Translations under genes and position numbers: made by a program
Assembly (NCBI GenBank): GCA_965178125.1
Contig: OZ237740.1
Coordinates: forward strand, 1,302,001-1,366,000
Length of the DNA: 64,000 bases
Direction: 5' to 3'
DNA from: Bilabrum cf. latius
Taxonomy: Eukaryota
Notes under the pieces: generated by a model
What the model saw: the letters and a program-made list of their open reading frames with translations, nothing else
Told to the model about the DNA's origin: nothing
Database searches by the model: none
Shown: piece by piece, positions 1-11,938 of the stretch
Layout: the number at the start of each line of letters is the position of its first letter
How positions within the stretch are numbered: the first letter of the stretch is position 1

Positions 1-1767
1 AATCGCACCCGTCCAACCGCCGTGTCAGGCACCCTACGCGCGCGGCCCATCAAGCCCATGCCCTCCAAGGTGGCAAAGCCGATCGTGCACAAGGTAGCCG
101 CCCCTGCGACTGCGCAGCGCAAGGCTCGTCCGGCCCAGCCGGTCGCTGCCGGGAGTATCAGCAACGATCGCGATGCTGCGGATGAGCTTGCCGCGGTGGA
201 AAGCGCGATGGTGACGCCTGTTCCTTCGCCCAACCGCCAGAACAGCTCGTCTAGCGGTCGAGCACCCGCTGTAGACTTAGCGAGCGTGGCAACGGCCAGC
301 ATGGGAAGCGTGGGTCGCACGCCCGGGCCCGGGGGCTTCGATTCCCCTCGACGGCTCGGTCCTGCGGCAACGGGAGGGCAGGGACAGGGGCAGCCCCAGG
401 CCCAGGCCCAGACCCAGACCCATGGCTTCGACGACGAGAGGGAGCGGGTGGGCTTCGACCCTGCCCGCGCGCAGCACCACCTAATGGGTCAGCCTCGCCC
501 AGGTGGGGTCACCCTCGCCCACGGCATGCGGCTGGGAGGTGCCGATGAGTATCAGCGAGACGGCGGATCCATGGAGCCGGAGCTGGCTGCGGGCCAGCAG
601 CGCGGGTCGCACCCGCACGAAGCGATGCGACGAGACGGCGGGGCCGTGTATAGCCCTGTCGGTGGATCCGCCGGATCGGACGCGGCGCCGGGTCACGGTG
701 CGTACCCCACTAGCCTCGAGGGCGGCCCGTCAGCGGGCACTACGATCGGGCTGGGGCCCAACCTGCTGGCCGCCTTTGGGACTGCAGCGGCGGTGCCAGG
801 GCAGGGCGAGCACGAGCGGTCCCCCGGGCGACCGATCCCGGGGTCGGGTGCGCGCGACGAGGGGCACAGGGAGTAGGCCGGGCCCTCGGAGCTGGAGCGG
901 GAGACCTCTGCTGGTCACGTGTCCCAGGCGTCCCCCACCGGGACCGTGGACTCGCTGGGAGACCGCATCGACATATTGGCAGTGGCGCGGCAGCAGCAGC
1001 TCGAGGACGAGGGCAGGCGCGCCAGAGGCGGGAGCTACTCGGGCGGATCTGCCCTCAACCCAGATGCAGCGGCCTTTGTCGCCAGCGGAGCTGTGCCTGC
1101 GAGTGCCGTCCCGACGCTGGACGCCCCCCCTGGCCTGGTCACGGGGGCCTCGGGGGGGCTGCTGCACGGGTTCGAGGCTCCCGCGGCTGCAGAGCAGCAG
1201 GGAACAAGGGTCGGGGTTGTGGTGTCGGGCGGGACACGGCTTGATGTGGACGCGCCCAGGTTCGTGCCGAGCAGCGCCGGGGGGCAGCGTTCAAGCCCCC
1301 CGGGACCGGTCTCGAGCGGATTCGAGGCTCCGGCAGTGAGCAGCGGCGGCGGCTTGGTCGGCCTGGCGGGGCCGCCGACGAGCACAGGCATGGGCGGTCT
1401 GAGCCTGGGAGGCGTCTCTGTGGGGCTCAGTGCGGTGACCGGCGGTTCCAGTGGCATGGCGACGTCCACCACTGCATCTAGCTCGGGCATGGGCATGGGC
1501 ATTGGCTCTGGGCTGGCGTCGTTCGGTGGCCTGGGCGAGTTTGGTGCCCCCGGCGATGCGGGCCTGGGCTCGAGCATCTGGGGCTCTGGGGGGGACGAGG
1601 GGATGATTGGCTTTGGCGGCATGGGGGACCACATGCAGCTGAGAGCTGGCGTCCGCGGTGAGGAGCAGCAGGGCACAGGGGGGGAGAGTGGCTCTGAAGA
1701 CCGGGGCAGCACGGACGGGGACGGAGAAGGAATCGCGACCGACGCAGTGTCATCGCTGTTCCAGTGA
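1..1767 (+). CDS. 3' part of a low-complexity Gly/Ser/Ala-rich protein with two PAM2-like motifs (5' end outside the window)
   Basis: Frame is open from base 1. ORFs 22..876 and 919..1767 share a frame and are separated by one TAG (874-876). Ends at TGA 1765-1767. Motifs SALNPDAAAFV (~1048-1080) and RLDVDAPRFVP (~1237-1269). Confidence 0.7.
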
Positions 1768-2027
1768 GGAGCATAGATGGCTTGCGCTGCCAACTTTGAA
1801 TGATCCATAGCACAGCTACAAGTGAGTTTAAGCGGCACTACACTTTCTGTACCATGTGAGCGGTGCCATAACGTCGATACTTGGCCAAACTACGGGTAAG
1901 CCGGGGTGCTCTGCCCTCCTGCGTGGCGAGGATCACATTGTGATCATAACTTTGATGAAAAATGCACGCCACTCGCTCCGACCCAGCCCGGCTCACTTTA
2001 CATCTTTGAGGCCTACCCTGGCCCAAG

Positions 2028-5000
2028 ATGGAGCCTATTGAACTTTTTCGTATTAATATTCGCCTAAAAGATGGTACTGTGGTTGCTGTTCCGTTCAAAG
2101 ACGGTGATAACCCGTATCAATTGGCGGAGCAGTTTAGCGATACGTTCAGGCTGGATTTCCAAGCAAAGTAGGCGATTAGCGCAGCCTTATCAGAGAAATT
2201 GGCGGAATTTAACGCGAGATTATTCCAACATTCTGGTGCAGTCGACAGTCATGCCGAAACTTAGCATGAACCAGACCCTAGCATCCGCGGCACACATGCG
2301 AGCCACAGTTTGGAGCCTCAAGGCGGCACAGCTGCGGTCTGGAATAGAAGCCACACCCAAGCTTATGATCAAAAGGTACATCATGGCGCCTCATCCACTA
2401 GTTTGGGGGCAAGGCAAGCGCAATAGCAGTCATTTTTGCCGGCTGGCCAGCGCAGTTTGGAAGCGCCTGAACATGCCGCTTCTGTTGATCAGCCGAACAA
2501 AAGCACGGTTACTCCAGAACCGACGTACGTGATGCCTCTTGATGGAAAGGCAGGGGGTGATGACTCAGCAACCTTAGCAGAGCGTCTCGGTAGCACCTTC
2601 AAGGTTCACGACCTTAGCAATCGCTAGTTTGGTTTTGAAGACATTGATAGCTGGCTGCGGGCTCTGCCGTCGTACGATGTGGGGCAACTCAGCCTTGCAC
2701 GCAACCAGCTGCAGCGATTTGAAGCTCCACCGACTCTGGAATGCCTGCTTGTACTGGACCTCAGCCACAATCTCCTGGAAAGCTGCCCAGATCTCAAGAG
2801 TTGTGTGCGGCTGGTCAGTCTTAATATCAGTAATAACTTTATCAAGTCTCTTGCCCCTCTTGCTGGCTGTGTTCCGGCCCTGCAGCGGATTGACGCGAGG
2901 GGCAACGCGCTGCAGACTGCGGACGGGCTCGCGGCGCTTCCATCTTTGCGTTCTGCCGATCTTGGGGAGAATTTGCTCGGCGGAATGGCTTCCATCCGTG
3001 ACCTGTCAGCTAGCCGTACTATATAGGATCTTTCTGTTGACGGGAATCCCTTGTGCAAGCGCCGCAGTCCCGGCCGAGCAAGCAGGCGAGTTGCCTCCGA
3101 CGAGAGCAGCAGGGGAGCAGGTCCCAGCGACTGGGAGGCGCTTCGCATCGCAATCTCTGGCGTGCTGCCCCGCCTGACCACTTTGAATGGGCATGCCATT
3201 CGACAGCCGGTCCAGGACAGAAACCCAAGAGATCTAGGTTCGGCAAGAGGAACGTCGTCCAGCTCGCAGGTGTAGCGTGACAGCAGTCGGCCCCAGGAGC
3301 GCGGGAGGAGAGAAAGACCATCGTCACGCCGAAAGGGGCGGGATACCAGTAGCAGCCGCCCCGCAGTCGCATTTGGAAGAACGCTTCCGAGCAACGGCGT
3401 CAGAGGCAGGAGCATCAGTCGGAGCAGGAGCCGAGCCTCACGCGGCCGTCCCGGCTCCACGCACTCACAGGTGCGGCGACCCTCAATGCGATCAGGTAAT
3501 TCGCGCGACCGAAGTTCTGCGCCCCGCCGCCCCTCTGTCTATAGCCAGACTGGGTCGGGGCACGCGCGCACCCGGTCTGCTTCGAGGCCCAGGCCGTGGA
3601 GGGAAACCCCTGCGGGGTACAGGGCGCGCTCGTCAGCTGGAGCGCGCTTGCATCAGGGCGACAAGGGGTACTCTAGCCGGCGCACAGCACGCCGCGTCCC
3701 GCCTCCACAGCTGCCGGTGGAGTTTACCCCCCGAGTGCAACAGGCAGGTGACAGCTTCCAGTTCTCCTCCGTCGGTAGTGGTGCTGGCGAGATGAAAAGC
3801 AGAGACAATTTGTTGGAATCGACGCTCAATGCAGAGGTAGTTTCCGACGGCTGGCGAGCCGGCAATCGCGGGGAATCGTCGACTCGACCAGATCGACCAG
3901 CCCACGATCGCGACAGCACCCAATCCATCGTGGAACAGCTGCACCCAGCCTCGCGGCAAACGAGGCCACGGGGCCAAAGAGTGCGGAACAAGCATGAAAC
4001 GGGCAGTCAAGTAGCGGAAGAACCAGCTGCACACTCCAAGAGTGGGACCAATCGGGCGGTTGCCCCTTCGCGATCAGCCGGATCACCACAGGACGGGCTA
4101 GCGGACTCGGCACTGGCGAGAGACACGGATGCTGCCGAGGCAGGTCGCGGAGGCCGCCCTGCCTTGCATGCGTCGGCCTCGGCCACACAAGGTACCCTGC
4201 CCTCAGCAAGCTCCTGGTCCTCCACGCCCTCGAACGGAGCGGCCCACGGGGAGGGGCCGGTGCTGCGAGGGCCTGACACGCGGCCGCCCCCATCGCGGCC
4301 CATCCTCTCGCCTGCCCCAGCCGTGGAGGGATAGCAGGCTAGTTTCCCGGCGCAGGTGGCAAGCTGTGATGGTGAAGTCGCAACCAGCTAGAACGGTAGT
4401 GTATCCAGCAGCTTGCACGCAGCACCAGAGCTGCCTCCGGACCTGTCTACCGCAATCACGTAGGCCCAGTGGTGCGTGCAGCGCCTGCAGCGCATGGACA
4501 AGCATCTGCAAGGTCAAGACAACAGCGCGCGGCGGTCCGTCCGAACTGATCTATCGGGGGCCCTGCAGACTGCCAAAGGAGCTCTCGTTCTGGCGCGGGC
4601 CACGGGGCAAGCGGTGAGCAGGTTCGGCCAGGGCGAGCTGTCCGATCGGCATGCTTCCGCTGTGGAGTCTACCTAGAGGGCCACCTCGTCTGCATCGCAG
4701 CTGGTGGCCCTTTTGGAGGAGCGCCTCGAAGAGCTTGGGGTGCGTCTGCCGGACGATGCAGAGGGCTAGCGGGACGCATCGCATGCTCGCGAGTCAAAGT
4801 CACCGCCATCACCGCCAAAGGCACTACGATTGGACGCCAGCACGGACGTCGCGGCGGTCGATGTGCCTTGCGCTCCTCCAGGCCGGAGCCCCGCCACGTC
4901 TGGAGGGCAGGGCAGCCCCAGGTCTCACCAGAACGGAACACAGACCCGGCAGCCAGAGTTTGGTCAGTCGGAGATCTTCAAGCGGGCCCTGGCGAGGACC

Positions 5001-6572
5001 GCGTCTGCCAGGATAAGCCGAGGAGAAGGGCAGGAAGAGGGCCGGGCGCTCGGCCCCAGAGGCTCTCCTGCTGTCAATCTAGCTGGCCGCTTCGACAGCA
5101 GCTCGGTCACGTCTGGTTTCTCCGCCTCTATCCGTCGCCCAGCGAGCCGCCAGGCTCCGGGCGCGCGGTCTCCTCCCAGCAGCTAGCCGCTGCCGGCCCA
5201 AGACGTGTTTGAGCTCACCTCGGGACTGCCACGCAACTTATTCGGCGCTTCGCAAGGGGCATCAATAGAGCAAGAAGCAACGTTGGCGCCTGAGGATGAG
5301 CAGCAGGAATCTGATGGCAGGGAGGATATCGAACCGCCCAGCACGCTTGCTCCAACGGAACACGACGAGTCGCTTCTCAGCCATCCAATGTCATCGAGCA
5401 ACGGCGGTACGTACGCATCGGGCGGTGAGGCCGAGGCGGCGAGACCAGCAGGCCCCGACACATCGCACCTTTCGGAAGGGCTGCGTGCAGCCTACGGGTC
5501 TGTAGGGCTCATCAGTAGCCCAGATCGACCGGGCAGCGAGTCTCGTCATCGGAGCAGCCGCAGCAGGCGCACACCCAGTTCGTCTAGGCCTGCTTCTTCG
5601 AAAGGCCACAGCGCCGCCCCGGTAGAGCGGCGAGCAGAGCTGGTCTAGGACTCTCCTTCCATCCGTATGCTGCAGGGCACGGCTGCCTTGGCTGGGAACG
5701 GTCGGCTGCACCACGGTGAGCAAGACGAGCCTCCCTTCGAGTCGGGGCACTAGGTTGGACCGTCCCATCCCGATGGGGCGTCACTGTACGCTGGCTTGCA
5801 GCCGACCACTAGACGCGTCGATGAAGCGCCCGGCCATGGCAGCGCGCACGTGGTGTGGAGACCAGGCAGCGCATCGGTGTCGGCCAGAGGACCTCGATCG
5901 AATGGTCGGGCAGTGCACGGAGGAGGGCGCGCATCGTACAGCAACTCCAACGTGTCGCACGACTACCTAGCACGGCAGCTGCCTGAGCCCGGTGCTAACA
6001 GGTCACAATCGAGCCGGCTCCAGCCGCGCTCCATGCGCGTGTCAGACACCCCAGGCCTGGCTGGCGTGGTGGCGGCAGAGAATGCCATCAAGGCTGCCAG
6101 GAGACTGGGCACATCTGGCTCCGGTGTGCATTCAAACGGCGGCAGACCCGCAGAGGGACCGGAGGAGTCGCTTTCGGTGCGCGACCGTGCGACGCAAGGG
6201 GGCCAGTCTCGATTCATGCAGTCGTTCGCGCAGGCTGCTGATCGGCCCGTGCCCAGGCAGTCTCAGCCTGTGCTGCAAAGCCAGCCCGCCGCTCCCATGC
6301 ACGAGCCCCATAGTGCGCGAAGGAAGTTCGGCTCCGCGGCTTCCTCGACTGCCAGTGGTGCCCACCCACCGGATTTGGGTCAAGCCAGCTCGCTTCGGCT
6401 TGGCCCGCACGCGGTGCACTAGCTCCGCAGTGCCACCGCGAGCAGTGCGCAACATAGCCAAAGTAGCGCCACAGATGTTGCTGCTACGCTGGGCTCGCTG
6501 GTGTCGAAGCGCCGGGCTGCCATGGCGCGCCTGAGGCACAGGATCGCGCACGACCACGGCGCGCGGGGTTGA
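2028..6572 (+). CDS. Leucine-rich-repeat protein (SDS22/centrosomal-type LRRs plus LRR cap) with a long disordered tail, ~1514 aa
   Basis: ATG 2028 (MEPIELFRINIRL...) runs in one frame to TGA 6570-6572 through about 15 TAG codons and no TAA/TGA. LRRs LVLDLSHNLL, LVSLNISNNFI, LQRIDARGNAL, LRSADLGENLL and cap I*DLSVDGNPLC...LPRLTTLNG at ~2610-3200. Confidence 0.8.
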
Positions 6573-6839
6573 TCGCTGAGGGGGGGACGGGCACACTGAT
6601 GTTCCTGGATAGGATCCGGACATCTATTGCTGTGCTGTTTGGTGTTAGTTGTTGTTTGTTGATGTGAGAAGAAAGCTGAGAAAGAAAGGCAGGTCCGCTG
6701 CAGGTACTGCTACTACCCGGCAATGCGCACTCGTCTGTGACAGAAAGAGCCAAGCAGAAAGAGCCAAGCCCACTGCTGGACGCACAGCCCGCCCCGCGCA
6801 CGCCCTCGAAATCAGGGCATCTGTCTCAAATACAGGTGA

Positions 6840-8537
6840 TCACATGCCGATGCACTTCACGTTGTTGTCCTTGCACACGTTGCCTTCTGTCTAGAGGCCC
6901 GGTAGCGACTTGATGATCCCGATGTTCTCGCTCTCGAGTACCGTGTTCTTCTCGATCGTGTTGTATTCGACCTTCTGCAGGCCATAGTACGCCATGTAGC
7001 CGCTCGAACCCAAGGACAGATCGTTGTTTGTCCACACGTTGCGGGCGCCCGTGTTTCCATCCTGCGGCTGCTGCAGCACGCCTTCCCCGTCCGTGGTGCT
7101 GTACCCCGAGGTGGTGCGCTGCCTGTGGATCTCGCCCGTGTTGCTGTCCACGAGACTGCCCGCACCGGTCTGGTCGTATCCGCGGTTCTCATTCGTGTCG
7201 GCTCCGCCCGCGCACTTGACGCCGTCGACCGAGTAGCAGGTCGAATTCGCCCTGACCTGCACGTGGTTGCCGCGGACTACCATGCCAGTGCCCTGCGCAG
7301 GCCCGCCGCGACCCGACCAAGCCACCGCGCCAGCGCCGAGATCGTCCTGGCCGTCGGGGCCTCCGAAGAACACACCGACCCTCCCGTTCATGTACACGTA
7401 GTTCTCCAGCAACGAGGCGTTCCGCACCGGATTCGTGTCCCCGGGGGCCATGCCGAGCGAGACGCCGTAGCGGTTGTCGTAGGGGAACTCCAGCGTGCCC
7501 TTGAACTCCTTGCAACCGCCCTTGGCCTCGAAGGTGACCTTGGTGGATGCCTTGGCAGTGGCCTCACCCACGAGGTTGTTCCCCACCAGGGAGTTCTGCC
7601 CCTGGCCCACCGAGATGGCGGTGGCAAACCTCCACGGCCACTCGTTCTCGCCTTCAATAGACGTCACAGGGGATCCCCAATGCCTCATGGCAGACTGCTA
7701 CGGCGGCCCGCTGGGGTACTTGTACGCCACGTTCCGCACGCGGTTGCCCAGAACCAGCAAATAGCTGGAGTTGACCCCCGATCCAGAGAGAGAGATTCCC
7801 GCCCCGTCGATGTCCAGGTTCACCACGCCCGTGTTGAAGCACGACCCAGCGGTCAGCGGCGTAGACCCGAGAGTCCCGTGCGCCGCAACCTGCTTCTGCT
7901 TCATGGGCGGCCAGCGGGCGTCGCCTTCACCTCGCTGAGCGGCAGCGCGCACGTGCGCGGGGACGAAGCCGGGGGACTCGCAGCCGATCCGCTTGTACTC
8001 GCGGTCCGGGAAGACCAGCTTGGTTGAGGGGGCCAGGGTGCCCACGGACCTGGAATGCGGCGAGATGGCTGGTCGAGTGTCTGGGTCACCCCGAAGGACG
8101 AGCCCAGGCGGCACGGCAAGATCGTCCTCGAGCTTGTACGTCCCTGCCGGCACATAAATGACACCATAGCGACCAGAAGTAGTATTTTCGTTTGCATAGG
8201 CATCTGCGGCAGCCGCTTTGATCTTGTCATCAAGTAATTTTCCGCTGTAGTCGCTGACAGACTGCGTCAAGGTGAATACACTTCGATGGGAGCAAGAGCA
8301 GAGGATAGAACGCGCTGTTGTGATCTTACGGATACACATTACCATACTCACATATACACACTGCCAAGGTACTAGTTCAGTCCACGCAAGATCCTTCTTG
8401 AGCGTGGGAAACCTAGTCAAGACAGGATTCGAAGTCGGGCACTAGTGTTCTGCTGCTGTGCAAGACTTGGAGCCGCACTACGAGGCAGACACGCCAACCG
8501 GAATTAAACCAATAGCAAAGAGCGCAGCACGAATCAT
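6840..8537 (-). CDS. Secreted pectin-lyase-like right-handed beta-helix protein (putative polysaccharide-active enzyme)
   Basis: Signal-peptide-like start MIRAALFAIGLIPVGVSAS. Motif IKAAAADA...GVIYVPAGTYKLEDDLAVPPGLVLRG is typical of the Pectate_lyase_3-type N-terminus, followed by Asn/Gly-rich beta-helix turns. Four in-frame TAG. Ends ...KCIGM-TGA (6840-6842). A possible in-frame 81-nt intron near 8281-8361 is unresolved. Confidence 0.7.
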
Positions 8538-8648
8538 GCTTGTCTCGAACAAGTGTCGCTGCTCGAGCAGTGTGATTGAAACGCGCTCCGGATCGAGCAA
8601 GTGCAACTTGTTGAACTGCCGCGATTCAGCACGCCCACACTCACCCGC

Positions 8649-11600
8649 ATGCGCCCGAGTGTTGCACAATTAGTTGCAGTGGTACTGCTTGTGCATGCAA
8701 CTTTGGTTCGGTCGGCTGCCAACTTTTCTGTTGAATTCCAACCCGTCGTGCAGCACTGCAGCACGGTCGATGGTGCGCACGAGGCTCCTCAGTGCGGCTT
8801 TGGCTACACTGGAGCACTCACTGAAAGCCCAATTATGTTAAGCGGTAAGCTCTCCTGGGGCGACTTTGAGACGCGGTGCAGCTATCGCTAGATGTCGGGC
8901 CCGGCGCTCTCGAAGATAGAACCTACGTGGAACACTAGCGTGCATCACGGGGATAGGAACGCCTCGGCAACGTTCTAGTACCCTGGAAACTACACGATCC
9001 GACTCCAGGCAGAGCGGAAGGGTGTGATTCGATTCGAGGACATCAGCGTGATCGTCCGGCAACGCTTGCTCGATGACGCCAGCCTCGTACTACCTAGTGC
9101 AGCACTGGCAGGCGATGCCGGCGCCGTCGAGACCTTCCCCTTTGTTACGCACTGGAACGATACTGCCAACGGAACCGCAACTGACGCGTGGTGGGTGCGC
9201 TCCGCCGGTCCTCGGGCGGGGGCAGCCGGACGGATCCTGCCGAACGTCTCGGACGCCGGCCGGTTCTGGCAGGCCGGGCGCAGGGTGCGCCTGTGGGGCG
9301 CCAACCTGTGCTTCGGAGCCAACCTGCCGGCCCATGACCTGGCTTCGTCCATCGCTGGCCGGATCTCCAAGCTCGGGTTTAACGCCATTCGGCTCATGTC
9401 GATCGACGAGAACGGCCTGGGGCCGGATGGCAGGCACTTTAGCGCCAGCAACATCCCGGGAGAGGGCATCAACAGGACGATGCTGGATCGGCTGGACAAT
9501 CTAGCAGCTGAGCTGGCCAAGAGGGGCATCTACCTTCGGCTGGGGCTGCACGTGAACAGATACTACGGCAACGTCTCGTGGCCTGAGGACTCGTACAGCC
9601 GCACCAAGTATGACAAGGGGCTTGGCATGGTGGTGCCCGCCTATCTCGAGTCCTGGAAGGGCTGGACCAGGCAGCTGCTCACCCATGTGAACCCGTACAC
9701 AGGCATGTCCTGGGCCGCTGACCCCGCCCTGGTGACCGTTGAGATCACCAACGAGGACTCGCTGGTGACCGAGTGGGTCAGGGGCCAGCTGGACGAGCCG
9801 TGCGCCAACGCGTCCACGGGGTACGGGGAGGTGCTGGGCGGGCTGTTCGAGACCTGGATCACGAACGGCACCGTGTATGGGCTTGATTCTCCGCTGACTC
9901 TCGCGTGCGACGCAGCCTCGGTGCCACCAGAGGACAGGCGCAGGTACATCCCAAGGGCAGGGTGGGTGCACTCGGTGCCCTCGAACAACACCAGAGCGTG
10001 CTGGCTGGCCTTCCTGTTCGCCGCGGAGAGGTCTTTCTTCGAATCCACGGCTCGGTTCGTCAAGCGCGACCTCGGCTTTGGGGGCATCGTCGTGGGCACG
10101 CAGGCGCACACGGACGCGGTCACGTCTCAGTTCCTGAGTCCCTCCGTGGACGCCATCGACGTGCACAACTACTTTGCCAACAACGAGAATGGGCGCCTGC
10201 ACAACGTGCCACAGAGCGGGCTGTCCTCCGGGGGAGCGCTTTCCACCATCGCGCCCTACCGCGCCGCGGGCATGCCCCTCACGGTGACCGAGTTCAACCA
10301 GCCGGACCCCTCCCAGTTCGGCGCAGAGGTGGGGCCCCTCCTGGCGGCGTACGCGCGGGCCCAGGACCTCGATGCAGCGTATCTGTTCACGTTTGCGGCC
10401 GTGCATTACGTGCACGGGTTCGGGGACGAGACATCGCTCGTGGAGGAGGACGGGTGGCAGGCGGGGCGTGTGATCGAGTACTACCGCATAACGGACGACC
10501 CGCACAAGATGGTGCCGCTCGTGGCTGCCTCCAGGACGATGCTCCTGGGCGATGGCGTGGACACGTGGGAGGGACTGCGGCCGGGTGCATGGGGTGGGGA
10601 ACACGGGGGTGGTGACCTACGTGGCGGGCCATCGGCAGCTCTTGGGCTGCCCGGGAGCAGTGGCAGCGGCGGGAGGCAGTCCGGCAGCGGACCGATGTAT
10701 CTGAAGCTGAGTCCGTCAGAGTTCGACTCGTGGATTCTCTCGCGATTGAACGACCCCTCGCTGTCCACGTGGCGTGGCGCCATGCCGTGCGCTGCTGATT
10801 TGGGACTACCCGCCAACTACTCGATCGGCCGGATTGTCGGATTCGACTTCGGGCCCAGGCCCAAGGTTGCCGACAATGGCGAGCATTCGGGCGGACGAAC
10901 AGTGAGCAGTGCGAGCTCGCCCCTGCCTGACATGAGCCCGCGTGCCACTGGCACTGGCACCGCCCCGAGTGCGTCCCAGCCCGTCGTGGGCTCCTCGCGG
11001 CCGTGGGTCTGGGAGCACGGGGAGGCGCAGGGGTACGCCCTGGTGCGCGGGCAAGGCACCAAAGCTGCCTCTGGATTCATCGCGCGGGAGCAGTGGCCCG
11101 CTGGTGGCCTGCCCTTCGTGTCCAGCGGTGGGCAGATCGACCTGGGCGATCAGGTGGCCGTGACGGTGGGCAGCCTCTCTCGGGATGGGCATGGGGATGG
11201 GGCGAGCTAGGTGCAGGGCATGAAGGTGCAGGCGAGGGCGCCTGCCCTGGGCTGGGCGGTGGTGACTCTAACCGGGGTTGGTCTGCCGGGGGCGGGTGCC
11301 CCGAGGGCTCTGCTCGCCGCTGTGGGGGCCTGGACCAACACGGGGATGGAGGCCCTGTGGGCGGATGTAGAGAGGACGTGGCTGAACAGCAGCAGCATCG
11401 CGCTGTGGGGGTCGGACCCTTCCCGGCTCGAGGGGGTGCTCCTGGAGGTGGTGCTGCCCTGCGAGCCTCTTCAGGCGTGGGGAGGGAGTGCCGGCGGGCT
11501 GGGCAGTGGCAATGCCGCTGCGGCCGCTGGTGCTCGCGTGACCGTGTATGCGCTCGACAGCACTGGCCGCAGGATGGGAGAGCCTGTGGCTTCGGTCCAA

Positions 11601-11696
11601 TGCGACGAAGCTGCATAGGAGCAAAGCACTGTCGCGATAGTGCTGGATGGGCTGGTCCATCGCACCGTACAGTATGAAGTTGAGTATTCGCGATGA
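8649..11696 (+). CDS. Secreted clan GH-A (GH5-like) glycoside hydrolase, ~1015 aa
   Basis: Signal peptide MRPSVAQLVAVVLLVHATLVRSA. Motifs RLWGANL, KLGFNAIRL, LLTHVNPYTG..WAADPAL, acid/base EITNED (~9741-9758) and nucleophile-like TVTEFN (~10281-10298). TAG at 8889, 8976, 11208 and 11616 read through. TGA 11694-11696. Confidence 0.8.
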
Positions 11697-11938
11697 TGAT
11701 GATCGTGGAAGCCTGGCTTGGTGGTTGGCGCCGCGCGACGTGTTGGTTCCGCTAGTTGCACTTGCGATCGACAGCGACGCATCATTCGGCTTGTGTTCGT
11801 GTTGACGTCCACACATTCCCTTCCGTGTCTTAAAGCGTGAGCCAAGTTGTTTATATTGATATAATCGATACATGAGCCCTGTTCAATTTGTTCCAAGATC
11901 CGCGTAGTATGCTGTGCTCATAGCTCGCAGATCACATA

